Below, piece by piece: positions 10,051 to 19,902 of a stretch of DNA of 64,000 bases. Numbering within the stretch: the stretch's first letter is position 1; every line of letters starts with the position of its first letter. The position numbers and the translations under genes were made by a program. The notes beneath the pieces were generated by a model. The model worked only from the letters and a program-made list of their open reading frames with translations, was not told the origin of the DNA and ran no database searches. The stretch comes from Candidatus Hydrogenedentota bacterium. Its GTDB lineage: Bacteria; Hydrogenedentota; Hydrogenedentia; Hydrogenedentales; SLHB01. The stretch covers positions 320,001-384,000 of the forward strand of contig CAVUWV010000001.1 of NCBI GenBank assembly GCA_963745075.1. Reading direction: 5' to 3'.

Positions 10051-11318
10051 GGGGACTCCTTCAAACCAAATAACCGTTTCACCAGATGCAGCACCTTGTG
10101 CGGATCTTCATCCGTCACTTCGCGCTTCAGTTGCCGCATCGGGCGCTGCAGGATGGTGTTTACGATGCGTTTCGTCAGATACGCAATTTCATCGCGTTGC
10201 ATATCGGTCAACTCCGGCAGGGAAGCGAGCGTCTTCTGCAACTCGCGTTCACGGATGCCGTTCAGTTCTTCCGCCATGGAAACAATCGTCGGCTCCGCCA
10301 CTAATCCCTGGAGCCACGCCCAGAATTGATCGACGCCGGCATCGACGATTTGGATGCACCGGTCGATCTCCTGGCGCCGCGCCTCCATATTGGCATCGGC
10401 CACTTGCTGGAGATCGTCCACGTCGTACAAATACACGTTGTCCATCTTCTTCACCGCGGGATCGATGTTGCGCGGAACCGCGATGTCGATGGCGAACATG
10501 GGCGCCTGCGACCGTTTCTTCAATGCTCCCAAAAATTCGTCAGGACCCAGAATGTACGACGGTGCGGCCGTAGACGCGATCACGATATCGGCCCGGGGCA
10601 GGTTCTCGTGAAACGCCTCGAAGGGTACCGGCTCGCCCCGGACCGCCTCCGCCAGCTTGACCGCCTTCTCATGACTGCGGTTGACCAGCAGCACGTTTTC
10701 AACCCCACGCGACACCAGGTTCTTCAAGGTCAGCTCGCCCATTTTCCCAGACCCGACCACCATGACGGTCTTTCCAGCCAGGTCCATGAAAATGGATACC
10801 GCAAGGTCGACCGCCACGCTCCCGATGGATACCTTGCCTTCATTGATACTGCTCTTAGAACGGACATTCTTCGCGACGGAAAACGCTTTCTGAAAGAGGG
10901 CGCTGGTCACCTTGTCCGTCGCTTGTTCGGCCTGCGCCGCCAGGTACGCGTCATGCACCTGACCGAGAATCTGGCCCTCCCCTACGACGAGGCTGTCGAG
11001 GCTGGATGCGACGCGAAAAAGATGCCCCGCGGCCTCCCGGCCCTGGTACTCGTAGAGATTGGATTTGAACTCGGTCTCAGCGACGCGATGCCACTCGGCC
11101 AGGAATTGGCGGATACGAACGGCGAGATCCGCCGTGTCCGCGGCGTGGGCGTAAACCTCCACGCGATTGCACGTGCTCAAAATCACAACACCCGCATCGT
11201 CGAGCGCCTTGCGCAAGGCCAGCAGCGCGTTGGGCAACTCCTTCTCGGGGAAATGCAAACGCTCCCGCAGTTCCACCGGGCTTGAGTGATGACTCAATCC
11301 GACGACCACCACGTTCAT
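10047..11318 (-). CDS. hemA: Glutamyl-tRNA reductase
   Basis: STCNRVEVY, SLDSLVVGEGQILGQV, GSGKMG, IDIAVPRNID. Confidence 0.96.
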   Translation of the reverse strand: MNVVVVGLSHHSSPVELRERLHFPEKELPNALLALRKALDDAGVVILSTCNRVEVYAHAADTADLAVRIRQFLAEWHRVAETEFKSNLYEYQGREAAGHLFRVASSLDSLVVGEGQILGQVHDAYLAAQAEQATDKVTSALFQKAFSVAKNVRSKSSINEGKVSIGSVAVDLAVSIFMDLAGKTVMVVGSGKMGELTLKNLVSRGVENVLLVNRSHEKAVKLAEAVRGEPVPFEAFHENLPRADIVIASTAAPSYILGPDEFLGALKKRSQAPMFAIDIAVPRNIDPAVKKMDNVYLYDVDDLQQVADANMEARRQEIDRCIQIVDAGVDQFWAWLQGLVAEPTIVSMAEELNGIRERELQKTLASLPELTDMQRDEIAYLTKRIVNTILQRPMRQLKREVTDEDPHKVLHLVKRLFGLKESP

Positions 11319-12163
11319 TGCGTCCCTCTCCAGAAGTTGGCGTCCTGGAGATGAACGAGTCCCAGGACCATGTAGGACGCGAGCAATGCGCCAAACCCGA
11401 TAAACACAAGGTACGCGAGCTTCTGCCCACGCAGCCGCCCCATCCGGCGCGTATGAAAAGCGACCGAATACAGGATGACCATGAAGAATGCACGAACAAT
11501 TTTGGCAGACAGCCACCATCGTGCGCCCAGTTCGTCGTGATCGAAGTAGGCCCAGATGAACCCCAGCACAAACGTGATGGCAAAGAAAACGTATCCATAC
11601 GTAATCAGTTTGAGCAGGGAGCGATCCAGTTGCTCCAGCGAGGGAAGCTTATGGAAGAGCCGGGTCGTGTGCAGCCGTTTGAGGTTGCGCGCCTGGAACA
11701 CGTAGGCAACGCTCGTCAGGCTGGCCACGAAAAACAACGAATACGCCAGGAACGCGAGTCCCACGTGCACCGCCAGAAACACCCCGTTGAGTGCCTTCGG
11801 CTCCTCATGCAAAAACGAGTGATCGGAAACCGCATTGTAGAAATACAGCGCCGCCAAAGCCGGAACGTAAAACGACAACAGGGGCCGAACATTGTTGCTG
11901 TGCACGATATACAGGGCGATCACCGTGCCTAACAGCACGAACAAATTGAGCGAATCCCCCATCGTCGTCAGCGGCAACAGGCCGAACATGCTCCAGCGGA
12001 TAATGAACAGGACGAGCAACAACGCGCATCCCGCCGCCATCAGCCCGCTCAGCGTGGACAAGGTCCGCGTACTACCAGCCCGCAAATACACGAGTGCGAG
12101 AATTCCGGCGCTCAGATACAAGGCCAGTCCCGCGAAGAATAAGATGTCTACCGTAAGTGTCAT
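11315..12163 (-). CDS. ccsA: Cytochrome c assembly CcsA/HemX-type membrane protein
   Basis: About 8 TM helices, LPSLEQLD motif, first gene of the hem operon. Confidence 0.8.
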   Translation of the reverse strand: MTLTVDILFFAGLALYLSAGILALVYLRAGSTRTLSTLSGLMAAGCALLLVLFIIRWSMFGLLPLTTMGDSLNLFVLLGTVIALYIVHSNNVRPLLSFYVPALAALYFYNAVSDHSFLHEEPKALNGVFLAVHVGLAFLAYSLFFVASLTSVAYVFQARNLKRLHTTRLFHKLPSLEQLDRSLLKLITYGYVFFAITFVLGFIWAYFDHDELGARWWLSAKIVRAFFMVILYSVAFHTRRMGRLRGQKLAYLVFIGFGALLASYMVLGLVHLQDANFWRGTQ

Positions 12164-12419
12164 GGCTCCGTGCTCGAATCATGCTCCGGTTGGTTCCGTC
12201 TCGCTGCCTGGAGGTTCTGGAAACTGCGGTTAGTTGCAGGTTTGCGGACCTCCCGGAACTTCTCGCGAACGAATCGGAATTGCAGCCCACATTTCGCCCC
12301 TAGGATACCACATCTTACGACAGCGACACGACTTGCCCAAAGATGAAACGTGCCGGTCGCGATGACCGTATTTACGGCAGGTGAGCACCCGTCTCACATT
12401 CATCACACCCACACTCCTA

Positions 12420-12625
12420 CTCGCAATCGCAATCGTACAATCGTACTCGTACTCGTACTCGTACTCGTACTCGCAATCGCAATCGCAATCGCAATCGCAA
12501 TCGTACTCGTACTCGCAATCGTACTCGTACTCGCAATCGTACTCGTAATCGATCGTAATCGTAATCGTAATCGTAATCGTAATCGTAATCGTAATCGTAA
12601 TCGTCCGTGTAGGTCCGGCAAATCC
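12420..12625 (+). repeat. About 30 hexamer repeats (aatcgc/actcgt/aatcgt) followed by gtccgtgtag
   Basis: Direct reading; source of the low-complexity ORFs (ITIT, YEYE, RNRN). Confidence 0.9.
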
Positions 12626-12764
12626 ACCCAATCGCTATCGCAATGTGTAATCTCCGTAAGCCTAATCGGGCCGCAGTGGGTTGACCGGGGCACGCGTCAC
12701 CCGTACCGTCGGTACCCGGCCATCACCCTGCTTCGTCACCGATTACTCGGGAAGGATAATCATA

Positions 12765-13121
12765 ATGCTCCGTTCGTTGTCCCTATGTTCCGTCGTTCTC
12801 TCCACGCGTGCGGTTGCGGTCAGCCCTCCGTCGAATGGACGTATGACCTGGAAAAACCAGCCGCGGCGCCGCGCCCTGTACCTGCTCCAGGCCGAGATTG
12901 ACCGGGCCCGCCACGAGGGCCGTGACGGTGATGCCGAATCTGCGCAAGCGCTTTTGAATGAGGCGGTTATGAATGTTGCGTGCTGGCAGGTGGGCACCAT
13001 CGATGAGATTACGCGCTTCACCCGCGACGACGAAATCGATTTCGACCAACTACGCGATTACCGGACGCGTATCGCTCTCGAAATCATGCGCTTACGCGGT
13101 ATTACCCCCCCAGCGGAATGA
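12765..13121 (+). CDS. Hypothetical protein, possibly a lipoprotein with two compensating indels near the N-terminus
   Basis: The alternate frame gives ...LHACGCGQPSVEWTYDLEKP, rejoining RRALYLLQAEID... Confidence 0.45.
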   Translation: MLRSLSLCSVVLSTRAVAVSPPSNGRMTWKNQPRRRALYLLQAEIDRARHEGRDGDAESAQALLNEAVMNVACWQVGTIDEITRFTRDDEIDFDQLRDYRTRIALEIMRLRGITPPAE

Positions 13122-13283
13122 GCGTCTCTGTTCGCCTGCGTGACGCGTCCCAAAAACAGCGGGCCAAGTCGTTATTCCAGTGCATTAAACCACTTGCGGA
13201 TGTAATGGCGCCTCTTCGCCATTGTACGTATAATAGAGGATTGCGGGAGGGACCCCAGTGCTTGACGTTTTTGGTTCAGTGAG

Positions 13284-15005
13284 GTGCATGCTGTGACGAC
13301 GCTCCGCTCGCTCAGTCCGCGTGGGTCCGTTCTTCTCCTGGCAGCGGGTATCATGCTCATGGCCGGTCCGTCGCCGTGTGCCTGGGCTGACGCCGCCATC
13401 AACATCCGAAACGCCTCCGGGTTTCCCGTCAGTACCACCGTGGTGGGCGTGAATTTCAGCTCGACGGACGACGCCGTGGCCGTTAATTTCCGGGTGAATT
13501 ACGATCCTACCAAGCTGAAATACGTCTCTGCCGAGGCCGGTTCTGCAACCGAAGCCGCTGATAAGGAAGTCGCGGACGAAGAACCATCGAACGGCGTCGT
13601 GTCCATCGTCATATTCGGGTTGAACGATAATGTCATTCCCAGCGGCCGGATCGTGAACCTGCTTTTCATCATCAAGAGCACCGCCACCGTCGGTCAAAAC
13701 CTCGCGCTCGTGGGATCGAATCAGGCTTCAACGGACACCAACGCGCAGCCGATTGCCACGACCATATCGGATGGCGCCATTTCCGTGACGCAGTGCACCG
13801 CTCCCGACGCGCCCACCGCATTCCACGCCAGCGACGGCGATTATGGGGACCACGTCGAGCTTTCGTGGAACGCCGCAAACGGCGCCGCTACCTACACGGT
13901 GTATCGAAACAGCAGCAATAATTTCGCCACTGCAACGCTGCTTGCGGTTACTACGGAAACGGAATACAACGACTACGGCGCTGCCGCTGCGACATTGCAA
14001 TCGTCCGGGGGGTGTGGCTCTAGCTCCACACTGTCGTTTACCAGCCATTACTACTGGGTTGTGGCCAATAACCTATGCGATAAGAGCGACCCCGTCGGCG
14101 CCGATTCGGGGTTCCGCGGCGGCTCCAAGTCAATCGCCTCGGCTATCACGTATGAAACGGTGCTTCCCCAAGGAGATATCGCACCGGAGGACACACTCGC
14201 GATCCGGCTCCGCGCCGATGCGCCCATCGTTTCGGTCTGGGGGTACGTTACCGCCACAAACTTCGAAGATTCGGCAGTGGATTGGGTCCCGGTTCCCGGG
14301 ACCGAAACCGGTGATGGCTGGGTCACGTATCGGCCCTCCGGCGTCTGGTTCCCCGGGGAACTGGTCACCATGATCGTCGGCGGCGAGACCACCGCCGGTG
14401 ATTCCGTGGGTCCATTGTCGTATGCATTCACGGTTCAAGAAGACGTGGCGGCAAAGGCCGCCGCTTCGGTCCAGCAGCCCCAGTACTCCGCATTCGACGG
14501 CAAAGGGCTGCTTTCGGCCAATGAAGACCAAAGCGCTTCGAGTTTGACCGAAGCGACCGAAACCCTGCTTGACTTGCCGGGCGCCGTTACCGGCACGTAC
14601 CGCATTGTCCCCGACGGTCCTTACACCGTTCCGCAACGCGTATGGATTCCGGTGCCGGGCGATGTTTCCGCCGATGCGCTGTCCCCCTATTACTTCCACG
14701 GGAATGGCGCACATGGCGCCTGGTATCCGGGGCAAAACGTGGAAGGCTGGCTGGCGCCGGGCAGTTCGTTGGTGCTGGACCTCAACGGCACGACCTACTA
14801 CGGTATTCTGGTCAATCACGGCGGTACCGTTGCCCTGGGGTTGCGCGATGCCCCTACACTTCCCGCAAACGCCTCCATGTCTCCATCCGACCAACTCTTC
14901 GCCGGATTCCCCGAAAATGTGCTCCTGCTGGCCCTCGTGCTCGCGATTCTTGGGCTGTCCCAGATCCGTTCCAACCGCCGCCGCCGCACCCTTCCCACGA
15001 ACTAA
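13284..15005 (+). CDS. Secreted/surface protein: cohesin domain, Fn3-like domain and C-terminal membrane anchor
   Basis: Signal peptide; NFRVNYDPTKLKYVS...IPSGRIVNLLF...DGAISV cohesin-like; VELSWNAANGAATYTVYR Fn3-like; hydrophobic tail plus RRRR. Confidence 0.75.
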   Translation: MHAVTTLRSLSPRGSVLLLAAGIMLMAGPSPCAWADAAINIRNASGFPVSTTVVGVNFSSTDDAVAVNFRVNYDPTKLKYVSAEAGSATEAADKEVADEEPSNGVVSIVIFGLNDNVIPSGRIVNLLFIIKSTATVGQNLALVGSNQASTDTNAQPIATTISDGAISVTQCTAPDAPTAFHASDGDYGDHVELSWNAANGAATYTVYRNSSNNFATATLLAVTTETEYNDYGAAAATLQSSGGCGSSSTLSFTSHYYWVVANNLCDKSDPVGADSGFRGGSKSIASAITYETVLPQGDIAPEDTLAIRLRADAPIVSVWGYVTATNFEDSAVDWVPVPGTETGDGWVTYRPSGVWFPGELVTMIVGGETTAGDSVGPLSYAFTVQEDVAAKAAASVQQPQYSAFDGKGLLSANEDQSASSLTEATETLLDLPGAVTGTYRIVPDGPYTVPQRVWIPVPGDVSADALSPYYFHGNGAHGAWYPGQNVEGWLAPGSSLVLDLNGTTYYGILVNHGGTVALGLRDAPTLPANASMSPSDQLFAGFPENVLLLALVLAILGLSQIRSNRRRRTLPTN

Positions 15006-15479
15006 CCAAAAACCACAGTCGAAGTGATGGTCCCGTTCAGCTCCGCCTTTTCGTGTCACACGCGCGGCGTGGCAGTGATCTTCCGGCTAAAACCGCCATG
15101 GTCTCGTTCAACTCCCGTCTCCAAGTTGAGTGCCCCTGCCCCACAACCCCCCCCTCACGGTCCTTTGGACAAAGTCTCTGCAAGTTGCTGTTTTTGAATG
15201 CCCTTGTCCGGTAGCGCCCGCAACACCTGCATCCCGTTTCAAATCTCAAATTTGAAAATTCTTTCTCCCCTCTTAAATCGGTGCAAATCCGTGTAATCTG
15301 TGGACCACCACTCTTGTGTTTATCTGCGAGCATCTGCGCCATCTGCGGTCAAGCTCTTTCTCCTTCGTTGCGCCGATGCTGCGATAAGTCGTTCAAATTA
15401 CGTCGCGGTGATCCCGTGCGGGGCCACAATTCACCTTCCTGCGGCTTCGTCATAACCCAATTTGTGGGCATATTTTGCG

Positions 15480-15508
15480 TTGACAACCGCTATATGTTGT
15501 GGTATCGT
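15480..15508 (+). promoter_or_regulatory. Sigma70-type promoter upstream of fliQ, with an NrdR-box-like palindrome in the spacer
   Basis: TTGACA-17 nt-TATCGT; spacer contains ccgctatatgttgtgg. Confidence 0.55.
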
Positions 15509-15607
15509 GCCCATTAGCGGATTTAGGCCTCTATGGGTTGGATGGGATCTCCAAGTAATCGCCTAAATCATTGGGGTGGAATAGTTTCGCGTAAAAGGGC
15601 TCGCACG

Positions 15608-15877
15608 ATGAACGCGGATACCGTATTGGATTTGGGCCGCAACGCCATGTACATCACGCTACTGGTGTCCGCGCCCATGCTGCTCTCCGGCATGATCGTC
15701 GGATTGCTGATCAGCGTCTTTCAGTCCGTCACGCAAATCCAGGAAATCACCCTCACCTTTGTCCCCAAGATTATCGTCGTCATGGTGGCGTTTGCGATCT
15801 TCATGCCCTGGATGCTTTCGCTATTGTTGACCTTCGTACGTCCCTTGTTTGGTGATTTTCATGTGCTCGTGCTGTAA
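15608..15877 (+). CDS. fliQ: Flagellar export protein FliQ
   Basis: GLLISVFQSVTQIQEITLTFVPK. Confidence 0.95.
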   Translation: MNADTVLDLGRNAMYITLLVSAPMLLSGMIVGLLISVFQSVTQIQEITLTFVPKIIVVMVAFAIFMPWMLSLLLTFVRPLFGDFHVLVL

Positions 15878-15906
15878 CACAGCCCTAGCTGCGCGCGGAT
15901 TCCTGT

Positions 15907-16677
15907 ATGGTTTTTGAGGTCGAGGTATTCAAAGTCTTCTTGCTCGTACTGGCCCGTTTCAGCGGTCTCATGGTGTCGGCGCCGGTGCTGAGTTCCCGCA
16001 ACTTCCCGGTCATGGTCAAGGCCGGTCTTGCCGCACTGTCCGCCATTCTCATTACCCCCACGATCCCGCAATTCGGAACGACGCTGCCGGACGATCCCGT
16101 CGCGTTCGCGCTGATGGGAGCCGGAGAGTTCTCGATCGGATTGCTGATGGGATTCACGATGACCCTCGTCTTCGCCGCCATTCAGGTGGCCGGTCAATTG
16201 TTGGATATGTTGACGGGCTTTGCCCTGATGAACGTGTTCAATCCGGCCCTCGAGACGCAAGTGCCCATCTTCGGCTTCTTCCTGTTCATCATGGCCGCGC
16301 TGTACCTCCTGCTCTTGAACGGACACCACGTCATGATCCGCGCCATGGCCATGTCGTTCCAGCGCGTCCCGTTGGGCGGCTTTGTCCTCGATCCAGCGCT
16401 CCTGCGGGAAGTCAGCACCTGGGGTCGCCTCATGTTCTACGACGGCCTCATGATCGCCGCCCCCGTGGCCGGCGCGCTGTTGTTGGCCTACGTCACCATG
16501 GGGCTCCTGGGACGCCTCGTGCCCCAGATTCACCTGTTTGTGGTCGGCTTTCCGTTAACCATCGCGATGGGGCTGCTCTTGGTGGCCTTCTCTTTGTCGA
16601 TGTACTTCCATTATCTCGACAACATGTTTGTCCAAATGTTCCGTAACGTCAACACCGTAATGCGGGCAATGAGTTAG
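15907..16677 (+). CDS. fliR: Flagellar export protein FliR
   Basis: LARFSGL..SAPV, AGQLLD..GF, LNGHH, LGRLVPQIHLFVVGFP. Confidence 0.95.
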   Translation: MVFEVEVFKVFLLVLARFSGLMVSAPVLSSRNFPVMVKAGLAALSAILITPTIPQFGTTLPDDPVAFALMGAGEFSIGLLMGFTMTLVFAAIQVAGQLLDMLTGFALMNVFNPALETQVPIFGFFLFIMAALYLLLLNGHHVMIRAMAMSFQRVPLGGFVLDPALLREVSTWGRLMFYDGLMIAAPVAGALLLAYVTMGLLGRLVPQIHLFVVGFPLTIAMGLLLVAFSLSMYFHYLDNMFVQMFRNVNTVMRAMS

Positions 16678-16684
16678 CGATACC

Positions 16685-17797
16685 ATGGCAGAAGATTCCG
16701 GCGGCGAAAAAAGCTTACCAGCTTCCCAAACGAAGATTCAGAAAGCCCGGGAAGATGGAAACGTCCCCAAAAGCCAGGACTTGGGATCCGCCTGGTCGTT
16801 GCTGGTTGCGCTCATCGCCTTGTGGTACCTGGGTCCCGACCTCTTTCAAAACATGCTCGACGCAACGCGCCACTACTTCGCCAACTTCGCCCACGTAGAG
16901 ATGGGGCCCGACACTTTCCACTTGCTTGGGTTGGATGCCATGCAGCGCATGGCAATTATCTTGTTGCCCTTCGCCATTGCCGTGACCGTGGCGGGTCTTG
17001 CCTTGAACGTAATTCAGGTCGGCTTTCTCTTTTCGCCGAAAGCGATACAACCAAAGTTGGAGCGGCTCAATCCGCTCGCCGGATTCAAAAAGTTCTTCAG
17101 CGGGCGCAGCGCTTTTGAACTGCTCAAGTCCGTCCTCAAACTGACCGTCGTGTCGATCATCGTCTACTACACCATCCGCGACCGTTGGGGCGAGCTGGTT
17201 TCCACCATGCACCTGTTTCCCGCTGCGATGACGGTCGTCGTGGCCAAGCTGGTGGGCTTGGTCTGGTTCCGGTCGGTACTGGCTATGCTCGTCCTCGGTA
17301 TCCTGGATTACGGCTTTCAGCGGTGGCAATACGGCCGGGATCTCATGATGACGGTCCAGGAAGCCAAGGAAGAGATGAAGCAACTGGAAGGCGATCCGCG
17401 TATCAAGCAGCGCATTCGCCAAATCCAGCGTCAGATGGCCATGAAACGAATGATGGCCGAGGTGCCCGAAGCGGACGTTGTCATCACCAACCCGATTCGC
17501 TTCGCCGTGGCGCTTCGCTACGACGTGAATACGATGGAAGCGCCCGTCGTGGTCGCCAAGGGCGCACGCTTACTGGCAAAGCGCATCCGCGAAATCGCCG
17601 AAGAGCACGACGTGCCCATCGTGGAAAAACCAGAACTGGCGCGCGCGCTCTTCAAAAACATCGACGTCGGCCAATCCGTGCCGGAACACCTCTTCCGCGC
17701 CGTGGCCGAAGTGCTGGCCTTCGTGTACAAGATCGACCGGCGCGAAGAGAAGCGCCGTGAACGGGCCGCGACGGCGACCGCGCCGGCCCATGGGTAA
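16685..17797 (+). CDS. flhB: Flagellar export switch protein FlhB
   Basis: KAREDGNVPKSQD, EGDPRIKQR, VITNPIRFAVALRY (NPTH-equivalent is NPIR), APVVVAKG. Confidence 0.95.
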   Translation: MAEDSGGEKSLPASQTKIQKAREDGNVPKSQDLGSAWSLLVALIALWYLGPDLFQNMLDATRHYFANFAHVEMGPDTFHLLGLDAMQRMAIILLPFAIAVTVAGLALNVIQVGFLFSPKAIQPKLERLNPLAGFKKFFSGRSAFELLKSVLKLTVVSIIVYYTIRDRWGELVSTMHLFPAAMTVVVAKLVGLVWFRSVLAMLVLGILDYGFQRWQYGRDLMMTVQEAKEEMKQLEGDPRIKQRIRQIQRQMAMKRMMAEVPEADVVITNPIRFAVALRYDVNTMEAPVVVAKGARLLAKRIREIAEEHDVPIVEKPELARALFKNIDVGQSVPEHLFRAVAEVLAFVYKIDRREEKRRERAATATAPAHG

Positions 17798-17819
17798 TCG
17801 GGCAGAGGAATAGGAAGAA

Positions 17820-19901
17820 GTGGCAGCGACACAACCAGAACTCGCCGCACCGCGATGGAACCTGATGCGCAATCAGGATATCGCGTTGGCGCTCTGCGTG
17901 GTCGTGATCCTGCTGGTGCTGGTTATTCCAATTCCCACGTGGACGCTCGATATCCTCCTCACGTTGAATATCTCCCTCGCGGTCGTCGTGTTGATGGCGA
18001 CCATCTACCTCCAGCGTCCCGTCGAGTTCGCCGTGTTTCCCTCCATGTTGCTCATGCTGACCCTGTTCCGGCTGAGTCTGAACGTGGCCTCGACCCGTCT
18101 CATTCTCGCCAATGCCAACGCGGGCCAGGTAATCAGCGCTTTCGGCGGGTTCGTCACCAGCGGCAGCTACGTCGTCGGTATTGTGATCTTCTCCATCCTG
18201 GTCGTAATCCAATTCGTGGTCATTACCCGAGGCGCGACGCGCATTTCCGAAGTGGCCGCCCGCTTCACCTTGGATGCCATGCCGGGCAAGCAGATGGGCG
18301 TGGATGCCGATCTGAACGCGGGGCTTATCACCGAAGATCAGGCCCGCGAACGCCGCCGGTCCATCGAAAAGGAAGCCGACTTCTACGGCGCCATGGACGG
18401 TGCCACCAAGTTCGTTCGAGGCGACGCCATTGCCGGGATCATCATCACGCTGGTGAACATCATCGGAGGATTGATCATCGGAACCGTCTTGCAGGGGCGT
18501 CCCGTCGTTGAATCGCTTCAGGTGTACACCAACCTCACCATCGGCGACGGCCTCGTGTCCCAGGTTCCCGCGCTGGTCATCTCCACCGCGGCCGGTCTCA
18601 TCGTTACGCGGACGGTTTCGGAGGACCACCTCGGATTTGACCTTTCTCGCCAGCTCATGCGGTATCCGCGCGCCCTCGGACTCAGCGCGATTCTCCTGGG
18701 CTTCATGGGAATCGTCCCAGGGATGCCGACGGTGCCCTTCCTGGGCGTTGCAATGCTCCTGGGTATCTTGGCGTTCCAATCGGGACAGACCATACAGCGC
18801 GAGCGGGAAACCATGCAGGCCCGTGAAGCGGCGACGGAAGAAGCGGCCGCGACCGAAGAACCCGCGCGCACGGAGGACCTGCTGACTATCGATCCACTCA
18901 AAATCGAACTCGGATACGGCCTCATTGCACTGGCCGACCCAAAACAGGGCGGCGACCTTCTCACGCGCATCCAGGTGATTCGACAGCAGATGGCTACCAA
19001 GATGGGCTTCATCGTGCCCGTCGTCCGTATCGTCGACAATATGCGGCTGCGCCCAAACGAATACCGAATCAAGTTGCGCGAAGCCGAGATCGCGCGCTTC
19101 GAACTCATGCCCGAACATTACCTCGCCATGAGTTCGGGTCTGGTCGACGAGGAAATCGACGGCATCGACACACAAGAGCCGGCGTTCGGCTTGAAGGCGA
19201 CATGGGTATCACAAGCCCAACGCGACCGCGCCGAGCGGTTGGGCTACACCATCGTCGAACCTTCGGCGGTGTTGGCCACACACCTCACCGAAATCCTCAT
19301 GACCTACGCGCCCGACCTGCTGACGCGCCAGGACACGCAGAACCTCATCGAACACATCAAGGAATCCGCCAAGAGCGTCGTCGAAGAACTCCTGCCCAAC
19401 GTGCTGTCGCTGGGCGAAGTGCAGAAGGTCCTGCAAAACCTCCTGCGCGAACGGGTCTCCGTACGAAACCTCGAATCTATTCTCGAAGTATTGGCGGACT
19501 TCGGACCCCGCACACGCGACATCGAAGTGCTCACGGAATATGCCCGCCACGCGCTGGCCCGCCAGATCTGTGTCGAGTATGCGGACGAAGAAGCCGTCCT
19601 CCGCGTGGTCACCCTGTCGCCGGAGATCGAGCGGGAAATCCTCGAAGCCGTCCGCAAAGCCGAAACGGGCGAGTACATCCCCATCGAGCCCGGCCGTGCC
19701 GACGATTTGGCCCGCAAGACCGTGCAGGCGGTGCAACCGCTCGTGCTCGGTGGGCAGGACCCGATCGTCCTCACGTCGGCTCAGGTGCGCCGCTATTTCA
19801 AACGCGTGGTTGAACGGCAGATGCCGAAAATTGTCGTGCTTTCCTACAACGAAATCGATCCCGCCGTGCGGCTCGAGAGCGAAGGGCAGGTGAGCGACTA
19901 G
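17820..19901 (+). CDS. flhA: Flagellar export ATPase gate protein FlhA
   Basis: RLSLNVASTR, EVAARFTLDAMPGKQM, FYGAMDGATKFVRGDA, TIGDGLVSQVP. Confidence 0.97.
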   Translation: MAATQPELAAPRWNLMRNQDIALALCVVVILLVLVIPIPTWTLDILLTLNISLAVVVLMATIYLQRPVEFAVFPSMLLMLTLFRLSLNVASTRLILANANAGQVISAFGGFVTSGSYVVGIVIFSILVVIQFVVITRGATRISEVAARFTLDAMPGKQMGVDADLNAGLITEDQARERRRSIEKEADFYGAMDGATKFVRGDAIAGIIITLVNIIGGLIIGTVLQGRPVVESLQVYTNLTIGDGLVSQVPALVISTAAGLIVTRTVSEDHLGFDLSRQLMRYPRALGLSAILLGFMGIVPGMPTVPFLGVAMLLGILAFQSGQTIQRERETMQAREAATEEAAATEEPARTEDLLTIDPLKIELGYGLIALADPKQGGDLLTRIQVIRQQMATKMGFIVPVVRIVDNMRLRPNEYRIKLREAEIARFELMPEHYLAMSSGLVDEEIDGIDTQEPAFGLKATWVSQAQRDRAERLGYTIVEPSAVLATHLTEILMTYAPDLLTRQDTQNLIEHIKESAKSVVEELLPNVLSLGEVQKVLQNLLRERVSVRNLESILEVLADFGPRTRDIEVLTEYARHALARQICVEYADEEAVLRVVTLSPEIEREILEAVRKAETGEYIPIEPGRADDLARKTVQAVQPLVLGGQDPIVLTSAQVRRYFKRVVERQMPKIVVLSYNEIDPAVRLESEGQVSD

Positions 19902-19902
19902 T

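Noticed and set aside
12230..12901. Low-complexity ORFs (ITIT/YEYE/RNRN; also 3018-4359 and 37564-38218)
   Set aside because: Translations of intergenic microsatellites, not credible proteins
15461..15478. Sigma54 promoter before fliQ (tgggcatattttgc)
   Set aside because: GG-to-GC spacing is 9 or fewer rather than the required 10
17652..19175. Long antisense ORFs (e.g. 17652-19175, 44188-45555, 51907-53415, 35124-36290)
   Set aside because: Shadow frames of well-supported genes, as expected in high-GC DNA
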